NCBI RefSeq assembly: GCF_006345805.1
Contig: NC_043002.1
Location: 94,240,001 to 94,304,000, forward strand
DNA: 64,000 bases
Source of the DNA: Octopus sinensis
Taxonomy: Eukaryota
Direction of reading: 5' to 3'
Shown: piece by piece, positions 13,718-24,661 of the stretch
Layout: every line of letters begins with the position of its first letter
How positions within the stretch are numbered: position 1 is the first letter of the stretch
The notes under the pieces: model-generated
The model's database searches: none
Told to the model about the DNA's origin: nothing
What the model saw: only the letters and a program-made list of their open reading frames with translations
Position numbers and translations under genes: made by a program

Positions 13718-14195
13718 GGATCTTTTCGGTTTGAACGGCAGTTTTTTCTAGCGGTGTCATATGAAATTGTCACCCATAATTATGACCCTAGTATCGATCT
13801 ATTGCATTTCAATCTGTTTTAGGGTTAAGGTTAGTTAGGGCTAGTTAGGGTTAGTTAAGGTTAGGGTTAGAGTTAGGGTTAGGGTTAGGTTAGGGGTGGG
13901 GGGAAGGGTATCTTTTTTTCTTCACAAATGTAAATAAACCCAATCTGTTTCTTAAACGAGGGACATATTCATACGGCACAGAATGTTTTTTTTACCTCAA
14001 TAGACGTCAGTGATTGGTTGAAATTGCAGAAGTTGAAGAAAAAAACAACAAATATCTTACAAACTATAGAATTTTCTCAATAAAGCCAAGAGAAAAAGAT
14101 GTTTTATGAACACATTCTACCAGTATACGAAGTTTAAAATTTTTTAGTTACCTAGAAATTATGTTACAAACTGCCGTTCAAACCGAAAAGGATCC
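13718..14195. mobile_element. MITE with TIRs and internal degenerate (TTAGGG)n
   Basis: TIRs ggatcttttcggtttgaacggcagttt / aaactgccgttcaaaccgaaaaggatcc; 8 bp TSD aaagctat (13710-13717 / 14196-14203); second copy at 17367-17797. Confidence 0.85.
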
Positions 14196-14252
14196 AAAGC
14201 TATTTGTCTGAGTTTGCAATGTATTTAAAAGAAAGATTGTACATAAACTCAC

Positions 14253-14402
14253 CACCAAGGTCTGTTTCTCTGACTATAGAACAGTAGAGAGAATTACTAT
14301 TTTTCGGGCAAGGGGTCGGAGGCGGTGGTGACTGTTCGCATTCGCCGTAATATTTATCTCTTCTTGAGTCACAGCGAGAGCATTGTATCATTCCTTGCAC
14401 AG
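14253..14402 (-). CDS. Internal coding exon of a Cys-rich secreted or GPI-type protein, probably Ly6/uPAR (LU, quiver/sleepless-like) first half-domain
   Basis: Acceptor ttttatttcttttcag, donor GTGAGT, 150 nt, phase 1-1, open frame (A)VQGMIQCSRCDSRRDKYYGECEQSPPPPTPCPKNSNSLYCSIVRETDLG(G) with CxxC...C...C...C spacing; non-repetitive. Confidence 0.75.
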
Positions 14403-14904
14403 CTGAAAAGAAATAAAACACAAAGATGTAAGCAATAAATATGCATGTACCGCTTCAAAACCTGATACTTATTATCAACAATTATATAGCGCAATTTCTA
14501 TAGTTTTTAGGATGTAAATTCAATGGAAACAATATCTTCGAAATCTATCAGTTATCAACAAGAAGCCAGTGTATATAAATTATTTAAGAAGTCGTTCAAT
14601 AAGCTAACAAGACTGCAGTTCTTCTAAAACAGATTCCATACAAACTAGAATCGATTACCAAGGGAGATTGTGGAACCGAAGACAACTAGCCAATTCAAGA
14701 ATAGACTGATGAATATTGGAAGAAGATTTAATTTGAAACACCCTTCTAATATGCTGAAAGGTTGCGTTACCAAAAAAACAAAAAAAAAAAAAAAAAAATT
14801 AAGTTGCCATTTACAGGCCTTAACTTTCAGTCATAAAGAATAAAAAAATAAACTATAAATCAAAGAAAAAGAAAAGTGAAATGGAAAGAAAAAAGAGAGC
14901 AATA

Positions 14905-14917
14905 TACTACAACAACA

Positions 14918-14954
<37 letters not shown>

Positions 14955-14996
14955 TCACCACCACTACTACATTACTACTACTACTGCTACTACTAC

Positions 14997-15031
<35 letters not shown>

Positions 15032-15084
15032 CACCACCACCACACTACTACTACTACTGCTACTACTACTGCTACTACTACTGC

Positions 15085-15119
<35 letters not shown>

Positions 15120-15208
15120 TCACCACCACTACTACACTACTACTACTACTACTACCACCACCACCACCACCACCACCACACTACTACTACTACTGCTACT
15201 ACTACTGC

Positions 15209-15243
<35 letters not shown>

Positions 15244-15259
15244 TCACCACCACTACTAC

Positions 15260-15291
<32 letters not shown>

Positions 15292-15445
15292 CACCACCAC
15301 CACTACTACTACTACTATAAGTATTAGTAGTAGTACTATAAGCACTACTTACTACTATAAGTATTAGTAGTAGTTGTAATGATGACGATGATGATGATGA
15401 TGACGATGATGATGATGATGATGATGATGATTATGAGGATGATGA
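14905..15445. repeat. Compound (TAC)n/(CAC)n tract with higher-order blocks, then (TAG)n and (GAT)n
   Basis: Direct inspection; accaccatcaccaccactactac recurs at about 14948, 15115 and 15237. Confidence 0.9.
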
Positions 15446-15887
15446 AGATAGTAATAAAAATAATAATGACAACAGCATATCTGTTTCTCTGTATTAATTT
15501 TTGTGCGATGTTTGGTATTCTAGAATCACATTTTTATTTCAGAGTATCATAGGACGGGATTTATTATGCATGAAAGTTGTAAATGATGGGTATAAGTTAT
15601 GTTATGTGTAAATCGATAGTTATGAATAATATTAAAGATACGCTCAATGCTTTTGTGTTTATGCAATACATGTTTATTATGCTTATATAAATTCTTCTTT
15701 TTTTTTTGTTTCGAACGATGGAATGTTATAGATTTGAAGTATATGTATTTTAATTTTTAGCAAAATGTTGAGCTATCTGGAATAAAGGGTAGGTGCTATT
15801 AGGTGTTACAAGCTGTCAATTCCATGCCATGCAGTCAATTTTTGTAGAAGTAGAGTGTGGAGACATGCATGCATATATATTTCTTTA

Positions 15888-16109
15888 TTGCCCACAGGGG
15901 GCTAAACATAGAGGGTACAAACAAGGACAGACAAAGGGATTAAGAGGATTACATCGACCCCAGTGCATAACTGGTACTTATTTAATCTACCCCGAAAAGG
16001 TGAAAGGCAAAGTTGGCCTCGGCGGAATTTGAACTCAGAACATAACGGCAGACGAAATACCGCTAGGCATTTCCCCCGGCGTGCTAACGATTCTGCCGGC
16101 TCACCGCCC
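15888..16109 (-). mobile_element. SINE group B with complete 3' tail
   Basis: Reverse complement matches 48808-49030 including tail ccttgtttgt.ccctctatgtttagcccc.tgtggg.aataaagaaata. Confidence 0.85.
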
Positions 16110-17366
16110 TTATAACCGGGTCGATAGGGCGACACTGGTTCATATTCCACTCTGTGGGAGCTTAATTTTTAAATAACTGTGTTCTTATGGGTGTAAACAA
16201 TTGCATTATGATAGCCACAGCTGGCCATTGTACGTAGTATGTGTAATGTATAAATTAGCATGAGTGTAATTAGCTTGTAATGTTCCTTTTGGTTTAATGA
16301 AGGCCACCAAACGTCGTTCTGCCAATGCTTAGGTTAGATTTCGAATAGTCTGAGCCGGTTTTGCTATGGTAATTAAGTCCTGGTTTTGATTGAAGACTGA
16401 GTGAAGCGGCTTGTCTGCAATAGCTAATTCTATGTTAAACTTATACACTGATAAATATAATGTAATCTTCGATGCTTGAAAGACGAAAAGAAATGCTAAA
16501 AAGGAAAATGTGAAGAAAAATACGACCAAGATAAAGCAAATGAAAAAGACGACGATATCGAAGAATTGAGGGAGGCTGTAGAAAAGGCAGCAATAGTAAC
16601 AGTAGCAACATGAATTCCATCTGAAACTGAGCAGATTTTCACTTTTGGTAATATCTTCCTTCTTTGATATACCGTGATGTGAGAGATTAACGATAATCCT
16701 CCAGTGATCAAGCAAAGACAGAAATGTAAGAAGATAACTGGCCTGTTCTTTTCAAATTCGATATTTTTTTGTTGACAATAAATCCCAGACATCAGAGGAT
16801 GAAGAAAGTGAAACTAGTTTCATTCAATAAAATAGTTACCAGTATATGACTATAAAATACGTTCATATTCGTGTATATGGTCTACATATTAATGTGTATG
16901 GTTTATATATGAATGTGTATAATTCACTGAAAAGTCCCTCAATAATCTGTTTATGCTGATATTTTCTCGAAGATTGTAGTGATTGGCAATTTTTGGAAAT
17001 TTAATTGTGAAGATCATAATTGTGTAATGAAAGTTGGAAATACATGCTGTGAAACGGTGGTAAAATACGCAGCACATCTGTATTTCTTGGTGTATTCCAT
17101 TAATGACTAAAATTATTCTCTTTTTCCAATTTAGCTGTTTGTCTTCCACACCTGTGCTGCATAATTACTCAAATTGGTCAATGAAAAACAAATTAAATAT
17201 ATAAGTTAAGGAGTGATTTTCTGAGTAGCGCAAGCATTAAATTCTTAAATAATTAAAATTTATTAGAGATAATTGTTACTGACTCTCAAAGATAAAGGGA
17301 GATAATATAAGGGCATTTCAAATTAATTCCTGAAAAGTAAATCAATAAGTTTTGGAGAGGCACTGG

Positions 17367-17797
17367 GGATCTTTTCGGTTTGAACGACAGTTTTTTCTCG
17401 CGGTGTCATATGAAATTGTAACCCATAATTATGACTCTAGAATCGATCTATTGCATTTCAATCTGTTTTAGGGTTAGGGTTAGTTAGGGTTAGGGGTGGA
17501 CGGAAGGGTATCTTTTTTTCTTCACGAATGTAAATAAACCCAATCTGTTTCTTAAACGAGGGACATATTCATACGGCACAGAGTGTTTTTTATTTTACCT
17601 CAGTGGACGTCACTGATTGGTTGAAATTGCAGAAATTGAAGAAGAACAACAACAAAAATCTTACAAACTATAGAATTTTCTCAATAAAGCCAAGAGAAAA
17701 AGATGTTTTATAAACATATTCTACCAGTATACGAAGTTTAACATTTTTGGTTACCTAGAAATTATGTTAATAACTGTCGTTCAAACCGAAAAGATCC
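17367..17797. mobile_element. Second copy of the TTAGGG-containing MITE
   Basis: Colinear with 13718-14195; TIRs ggatcttttcggtttgaacgacag / ctgtcgttcaaaccgaaaagatcc; shorter TTAGGG tract; no clear TSD. Confidence 0.85.
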
Positions 17798-18789
17798 GAT
17801 GTTTGGCCATATTAATTTGTATAATTAAAAATATATACTTGGCTCTGGGAAATAACTGAAGTGGGTCAAATGCATGAAGTTAAATAAATTAAGGAGTGAT
17901 GTATTGAACACTATACATAAAATCCCAATTAAATTTCTCAGGTGGACAAAGATATAAAAAAAAGGCCCTCTAATACGTATTGTCAAGATAGCATTAGAAA
18001 TGATACAAAGTGAAAACCACATTTTACCTCCCACATTTTACTTGTTATATCTTTATTATGTTTGTTTGAGCGACAAGTGCTCATAAAACTGAAACTCTCT
18101 ACAGAAAATTAGACCTGAATGCTGCTGAGACAACTAGAAACAATCTGCTGTGCTATAAAAAATTACAGTTTATAAATCGATAGTTCAGCATTGATTCGCC
18201 AGGCTCTTACTGGTTAATCATTTTATTTATCGATGCTGCATTTGGACTTCACATTTTTTAAAGTAATTCCATTGTAGTATAGAGCTATAAGTCTACTCGT
18301 TCAGGCTAAGCAACAGCAGCAACAACAACAACAACAATAACAACAGCGATAGCAATATTAATAGCCTCAAGTGTAGTTACATGATCTTGTACCACTGCGC
18401 GCTTGCAGCAACACACGAACACCAATACAAACATAAAACCTAGTCAAAATGATTGCTGTTTTTAGGATCCTTATTATCTCTTAACTACAATATTTATGTA
18501 TCTATAAAAAATATTTATGTTTAAGAATATCAGGTCTCTTTCATATTATTATGCGTTACAGATTCATAGAGATCTGAATGGAAAGTTGCGATAAGTTGGG
18601 TTGTTTTAATATGATTATAGTGTCTGTTCTTTACGTTCGGGTTCTAATCAAGTCAACTTGAACTTTAATTTGTTTAGGGCCGATAAACTAAAGTACCAGT
18701 CATGTACAGAGGTCGACATGATCAGCTGTTCTTGCTCCCAAACTTCTAGTCTTGTGCTTATGTTAAAAGTTATTAATTTGATGGTAGGA

Positions 18790-19177
18790 CATCGAACAAA
18801 TTGCCTTTTACGGCTCTTTACATTCTAAGTTCAAATCATTACGGAAGTTAATTTTTCTTTCACCCTTAGGGCAGCGGTATAGTGACTTACCAGCTAAGCA
18901 ATGGGGTTGATATAATCGGCTGTTTCTGCCACCGCATTTATGGACTTGTGCCTAAGTTAGAAATGATATTGGTTTCAAATTTTGACGCAAGACCAGTAAT
19001 TTTTGGTGAGGGTAAGTCGATTACATCGACCCCAGTCTTAGCTGGTACTTATTTTATGGACCCCGAAAGGATCCATAAAAGTCGACCTCTGCAGTATTTG
19101 TATTCATAACGTAAAAACGGACGAAATGCCACTAAGCATTTTGCCCTGCGTGCTAATGATTCTGCCAGCTCGCCGCC
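18790..19177. mobile_element. Two adjacent SINE group B copies in opposite orientation (plus copy degenerate; minus copy about 18969-19177)
   Basis: Minus copy ends tgctaatgattctgccagctcgccgcc; plus copy keeps ttctaagttcaaat and a degenerate core. Confidence 0.6.
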
Positions 19178-19552
19178 TTTAAGTTAGAAATAATATTAAT
19201 GACTTTTGTGGTAGAGAAGCTGTGTTTATAAGGAGAACCATCACCTTTATAATGTTATCTGCTACAGACACAAGGGAAAACGAATTCTGAGGTAGGTAGT
19301 AGTAGACTAATCTATAGCAGTATATGATTTAATTTCCTCGACACATCCTCCTCCTCCTTCTCCTCGTCGTCCTCGTCCTCGTCCTCGTCGTCCTCCTCCT
19401 CCTGCATCGGACACGATGACTGGAAACCACGATATGACAATCTTTGTATATGGTTTTCCAAAATCTTGGGTTTGTTCTATAACACTAGAATGACGAACGA
19501 CAAACCAAATTCGACTGGTATCGAAGGTATTTGAGCACAGAATGTAAAGGAA

Positions 19553-19562
19553 CACACACACA

Positions 19563-19598
<36 letters not shown>

Positions 19599-19686
19599 CA
19601 CACACACATACACACACTCTGTATCTCTTTCACCCACATGCGCGCACGCACACGCACGAAAGCACACACACACACACACACACATA
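19553..19686. repeat. (CA)n/(CACG)n microsatellite
   Basis: Direct inspection. Confidence 0.95.
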
Positions 19687-20349
19687 TACAAATCACATAA
19701 ACAATTACTTCATTGCTCAACAGTTTCTGCCTATCACTCCTATGACCTCACAACAATTCAAAACCGCAAAACGATAAGCAATTTACATTAGATAACGCGT
19801 TTACTTAAACTTTGGAAGGGAAAAAAATCTATACGAAAACTACTCATCTGAAAGACATTTATTAAAAAAAAATAATGATCGAATTCTTGTTGTCAAGGAA
19901 ACATTAGATAGGATACAAAAATGAAAAATCCATTGGGACATGTAGGAAACTCTTATAATTTTACTTGATTTCAGAAAGATGTGTAGCAAATCCTTTGAAT
20001 AACATTGCATATTAAAAAAAAAAAAAGGAGAGGGAGAAGAATCTGCTGACTATAGAAGCCCTCAAAACAAGATAATTGAAGAAATAAATGAATTTACTGA
20101 AGCTAAACTCTGTTATACAGTTCATAATTTAGAATGTCAGGAAGAATGTATGATAGAATTTCAACCGAAGTCTTAATTGAAGACTTACTGCAGCGATTTT
20201 AATGATTTGTTCTAATAAAATGTTTCCAGTGAAATGTTTATTGTGTTATGAGGCGAATTAAAAACATTGCAAATATTTTCACTAACTGAAATCTATTAAT
20301 TTCTCATATATTCCCTCTCCACACACATGTACATACATACGTGCACAAA

Positions 20350-20553
20350 GTTAATCCAAACATGAAAACACACAGAGAAAACGCAACAATGCGAGGACGT
20401 GGAACAAGTATAGTATTTATTGGACGCTCAGGAAAGAAGGAAAGAAGCAGGGTTTAACGTTTCGAGCGGAGCTTTTCGTCAGAAACATAGAAAAAGGAAA
20501 GATCCAAAGAAGAGAAGCCGGAGGAAAAAAAAATCGCCAACGGTACCCAACGG
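20350..20553 (-). mobile_element. About 200 bp microsatellite-flanked hammerhead-bearing element, family H1
   Basis: Homologous to 24207-24360 (+) and 52497-52695 (-). Confidence 0.75.
20452..20486 (-). ncRNA. Minimal type I hammerhead ribozyme motif (H1)
   Basis: Reverse complement gttt-CTGACGA-a-aagc-tcc-gctc-GAAAC-GTT-aaac: stem I gttt/aaac, short stem II, loopless palindromic ACGT stem III. Confidence 0.65.
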
Positions 20554-20861
20554 TATGTGCATACATACATACACACACGCGCGTGCACACACACATATAG
20601 AAATATCTTATATATAAATTATAAATCCAGGGATCGAGGTGTAGGAAGAAAGTTAACTTGAAGGAGTCCCTAGTAAATATATATATAAAAAAAACAACTT
20701 TCAGGGATGATAGTGGTTTATTGAGAGGGAAGGTTGTGGCTTTTTTACGTATCCAACTACGATAAACTGAAAAATGCATTTTTCATATTTCACGGTAGGC
20801 GAGGGTTGCCGAGTGTGCGAATAAGAATACAAGAATTAAGGGATGGAGTAAATAAGAGCCG

Positions 20862-20945
20862 GGCTACATATGTTTCATAGCAAGCGGAACCTCAGAAATG
20901 GTAAATATCCAAGCGAGGTGTTTACCGCATGCTACTCTTCAGGCC
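20862..20945 (-). ncRNA. Type I hammerhead ribozyme motif (H2, minus copy)
   Basis: Reverse complement ggc-CTGAAGA-gtagcatgcgg...ccgcttgctat-GAAAC-ATAT-GTA-gcc. Confidence 0.75.
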
Positions 20946-20976
20946 AAGGATATCTTGATTTAATCAAGATATCCTT

Positions 20977-21060
20977 GGCCTGAAGAGTAGCATGCAGTAT
21001 ACATCTCGCTTGGATATTTACCATTTCTGAGGTTCCGCTTGCTATGAAACATATGTAGCC
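20977..21060 (+). ncRNA. Type I hammerhead ribozyme motif (H2, plus copy)
   Basis: ggc-CTGAAGA(20980-86)-long stem II-GAAAC(21046-50)-ATAT-GTA(21055-57)-gcc. Confidence 0.75.
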
Positions 21061-21090
21061 CGGGTCTTATTTACTCCATCCCTTAATTCT

Positions 21091-21093
<3 letters not shown>

Positions 21094-21187
<94 letters not shown>

Positions 21188-21292
21188 GTATGTAAGTATG
21201 TGTATATATATATATATATATTATATATATGTAAGTATGTGTATATATATATATATATATACATATATATATTTACATATATATATATATAT

Positions 21293-21385
<93 letters not shown>

Positions 21386-21405
21386 CATATATATATATAT
21401 ACAAA
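21094..21405. repeat. Long (TA)n microsatellite
   Basis: Direct inspection. Confidence 0.95.
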
Positions 21406-21899
21406 TATAAAAGCACGTTAAAGATATGTATATACATGCACACCACAAAGACCTTGTATTGTGTGTGCGCGCGCGTGCATGCGTGAATGCGCGTGTGTGT
21501 GTGTGTATGTGCAGGCGTGTACCAACATTCCCATGTCGCACACTTGATAATTGTTGAGAGATTTCTCTCTACATGAAACAGCTGGTAGCCTTATTAGCCA
21601 CAAATAAAGAATGTATATCCACCAACGCGGTGTTGCACGCACTCATCCTCACTTTTCGATTTTATCGTATATAAATGTGAATACATACATGCACACACAT
21701 GACCATGCAGAAGCCCCGCCTTTTAGTCAAACAAATCGCCCCCCGATACTTATTCTTTGTAGGCTAACTACAGATTTTATCGGTCTCTTTTGCTAAACCT
21801 CTAATTTACGGGGACGTAAACGCACTAACATCAGTTGTTAAGCGATGGTGGGGGAGATAGTCAAAACATACAAGCACATACACATTTATATAGGACGGG

Positions 21900-21972
<73 letters not shown>

Positions 21973-22335
21973 ATAACAATTATTATTATTATTTGAGGGA
22001 ATAAAATCCAAACCTACAAGGAAAAAAATTCAATTTAGAAATACTAAATCAAATTTCACACAATATAATATATATATAAAAAATTAGAAAAAACCCACCT
22101 TTTATCAATTCAAAATGAGCAATTAAATTACATCATCTAGAAAATTACATATAATAGAAATATTAAAGTTAAAATAACGATAAATGTCAATGATTAAGTA
22201 AATTGCCAAAATATAATAATAAAAACATATAATATATGTTTTAATTGTTCATTTTGAATTGATAAAAGTTGTTTTTTATCTAATTTTATATATATATATT
22301 ATATAATATATATATATATATATATATATCAATGC

Positions 22336-22740
22336 TTTTAGCTTTTACTTGTTTCAGCCATTAGACTGCGGTCATGCTGGAGCACCGCCTTGAAGAAATT
22401 TTAGTCGAATGTATCGACCCCAGTACTTATTCATTAAAGTCTGGCATTTATTCTATCGGTCTCTTTTGCAGAACCGCTATGTTACGGGGACGTAAACACA
22501 CCGGCACCGGTTGTCAAGTGATGGCGGTGATGGCGGCACAAACACAGACATAAAGATACACACATGGATATATATACATATAAACGACGGACCTCTTTCA
22601 ATTTCCGTTTACCAAATCCACACATAAGTCTTTGGTCGGCCGGATTCTATAGTATAAACCACTTGCCAAGGTGCCACGCAGTGGGATTGAACCCAGAACC
22701 ATGTGATTGAGAAGCAAGTTTCTTACCGCAGAGCCGCGCT
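22336..22740 (-). mobile_element. Diverged SINE group A
   Basis: Colinear similarity to 11681-12088. Confidence 0.8.
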
Positions 22741-22806
22741 GATATTCATCTATCTATTTTTTGTCTATTTGTCTACATATATTTTTACTCACACACACAT
22801 ACACAT

Positions 22807-23005
22807 ATATTTCTTTATTGGCCACAGGGGCCTAAACATAGAGGGGATAAACAAAGGGATTAAGTCGATTACACCGATCCCAGTGCGTAACTGGTACTTA
22901 TTTAATCGACCGCGAAATGATGAAAGGCAAAGTCGACCTCGGCAGAATTTGAACACAGAACGTAACGGCAGACGAAATACCGCTAAACATTTCGCCTGGC
23001 GTGCT
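22807..23005 (-). mobile_element. 5'-truncated SINE group B with tail
   Basis: Matches 15888-16109; head replaced by (GATG)n. Confidence 0.8.
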
Positions 23006-23029
23006 GGATGGATGGATGGGTGGATAGAT

Positions 23030-23285
23030 CCGTCTTCTTCAGTTTGGATTTCGGGGGACCTCAACTCTTTAAAACCCTGCCAAAGAACTGGTAGATGTGG
23101 AAACCTTGAAACCTGGACAAATTTCTATCTGAAATCCCAGATAAACCCACATTGCAGCAGGAGGCAACTCGCTTTTTCACAAAAAGCAGTAGAGAAAGGA
23201 GACCCCAAGACACTGAAAGGTGGTGATCCAGCATGGCACGGGCCTCTAGCTGAAAACGGCAGAAAAGAAGAAAAGAAAAGAGTAT
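23030..23285 (+). mobile_element. 3' end of a CR1/L2-group LINE sharing its tail with SINE group A
   Basis: Translation FSLDFGGPQLFKTLPKNW*...LDKFLSEIPDKP resembles the GPQLFN.LP...LDKFL..IPD.P end of CR1/L2-group ORF2; tail aaaggtggtgatccagcatggc...ctgaaaacggcagaaaaga. Confidence 0.6.
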
Positions 23286-23290
23286 TTATA

Positions 23291-23472
23291 TTCTTTTATT
23301 CTCTTACTTGTTTCAGTCATTTGACTGTGGCTATTCTAGAGCACAACCCAGGATTTCTCTGTAAGCCTAGTACTTATCCTATTGGCTCTTTTGCCGAACC
23401 GCTATGTGACCGGAACGTAAACACACCGACATCGGTTGTCAAGCGATGGTGGGAGAACAAACACAGACACAA
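23291..23472 (-). mobile_element. SINE group A, 3' half
   Basis: Similarity to 11681-11890. Confidence 0.8.
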
Positions 23473-23507
23473 ATAACAAATACATAATACATACATACAT
23501 ACATACT

Positions 23508-23548
<41 letters not shown>

Positions 23549-23757
23549 ATTGAAATGGATAAATGAATTATCTTGTTACGGATTATTCAAAATTTAACCG
23601 ATACCTGGGTAGCAAAAATCACAATAGAAAAAACACGGTTGAGGTTACGACCATGGGGTGTCGCAACCGTGCCTTATCGCGGATAATTGAAGTTTTATAT
23701 ATTTAGTGAAGGGAAGAAATGGAGCTGAACGAAGATTCTACAAAATTCCTTTTATTA

Positions 23758-23841
23758 TTTTCTACACATGTTTCAAAGGCTGCAAATTTCCAAATTCGGA
23801 TTGAATAAGGAGACCATTTTGCAGCTTTCTCTTCAGGAAAA
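23758..23841 (-). ncRNA. Type I hammerhead ribozyme motif (H3, minus copy)
   Basis: Reverse complement of 23960-24043. Confidence 0.75.
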
Positions 23842-23959
23842 TCCAGGAATTTAAATCTCAAAACAAATGCGCAGCAAGCTATTCGAACAAAACGGCTCCT
23901 AGGGAGCGTTTTGTTCGAATAGCTTGCTGCGCATTTGTTTTGAGATTTAAATTCCTGGA

Positions 23960-24043
23960 TTTTCCTGAAGAGAAAGCTGCAAAATGGTCTCCTTATTCAA
24001 TCCGAATTTGGAAATTTGCAGCCTTTGAAACATGTGTAGAAAA
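23960..24043 (+). ncRNA. Type I hammerhead ribozyme motif (H3, plus copy)
   Basis: ttttc-CTGAAGA(23965-71)-gaaagctgcaaa...tttgcagccttt-GAAAC(24027-31)-ATGT-GTA(24036-38)-gaaaa; 5 bp perfect stem I. Confidence 0.8.
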
Positions 24044-24091
24044 TAATAAAAGGAATTTTGTAGAATCTTCGTTCAGCTCCATTTCTTCCCT

Positions 24092-24151
<60 letters not shown>

Positions 24152-24206
24152 CTATATACGTATAAATATATATAATATATTATAATATATATATATATAT
24201 ATATAT

Positions 24207-24360
24207 GGATCTTTCCTCCTCCTATGTTTCCGACGAAGACCTCTGCTCGAAACGTTAAACCGTCCTTCTTTCCTTCTTTCCTGAGCGTCCAATAATACTA
24301 TATTTGTTCCACGTCTTCGCGTTGTTGTGTGTTTTTTTGTGCTTTCTTGTTTGGATTAAC
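24207..24360 (+). mobile_element. Family H1 element between (TA)n tracts, with hammerhead-like motif at 24226-24260
   Basis: gttt-CCGACGA-a-gacc-tct-gctc-GAAAC-GTT-aaac; homologous to 20350-20553. Confidence 0.75.
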
Positions 24361-24381
24361 TATATATTAACTTTCTCACCA

Positions 24382-24413
<32 letters not shown>

Positions 24414-24497
24414 CATACATACATACATACATACATACATACATACATACATACATACATACATGCATATATGCATACATACATATATATATCAATC

Positions 24498-24661
24498 TAC
24501 GACGGGCTTCTTCAGTTTCCGCCTACCAAATCCACTCACATGGCTCTGGTTGGCCCGACGGTATAGTAGGAGATATTTACCCAAGGTGCTATGCAGTGGG
24601 ACTGAACCCGGAGCCATGTGGTTGAGTAGCAAGCTACTTACCAGACAGCAACTCCTGCGCC
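24498..24661 (-). mobile_element. SINE group A, 5' half
   Basis: Similarity to 11925-12088. Confidence 0.8.

Larger units (their letters stand above)
20829..21093. repeat. Fold-back palindrome (132 bp arms, centre 20961) carrying a hammerhead on each strand, abutting (TA)n
   Basis: Arms are reverse complements with 4 substitutions. Confidence 0.9.
23704..24097. repeat. Fold-back palindrome (about 196 bp arms, centre 23900/23901) carrying a hammerhead on each strand, abutting (TA)n
   Basis: Arms essentially identical reverse complements; small irregularity at the centre (cggctcc-ta-gggagcg). Confidence 0.9.

Noticed and set aside
13820-13895. TTAGGG repeats as a telomere or interstitial telomere
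   Set aside because: Short, degenerate and internal to a TIR/TSD-bounded MITE present twice
16683-16703. EINDNPP cadherin-like linker
   Set aside because: Flanked by stops, with no other cadherin motifs (DxD, LDRE, PE)
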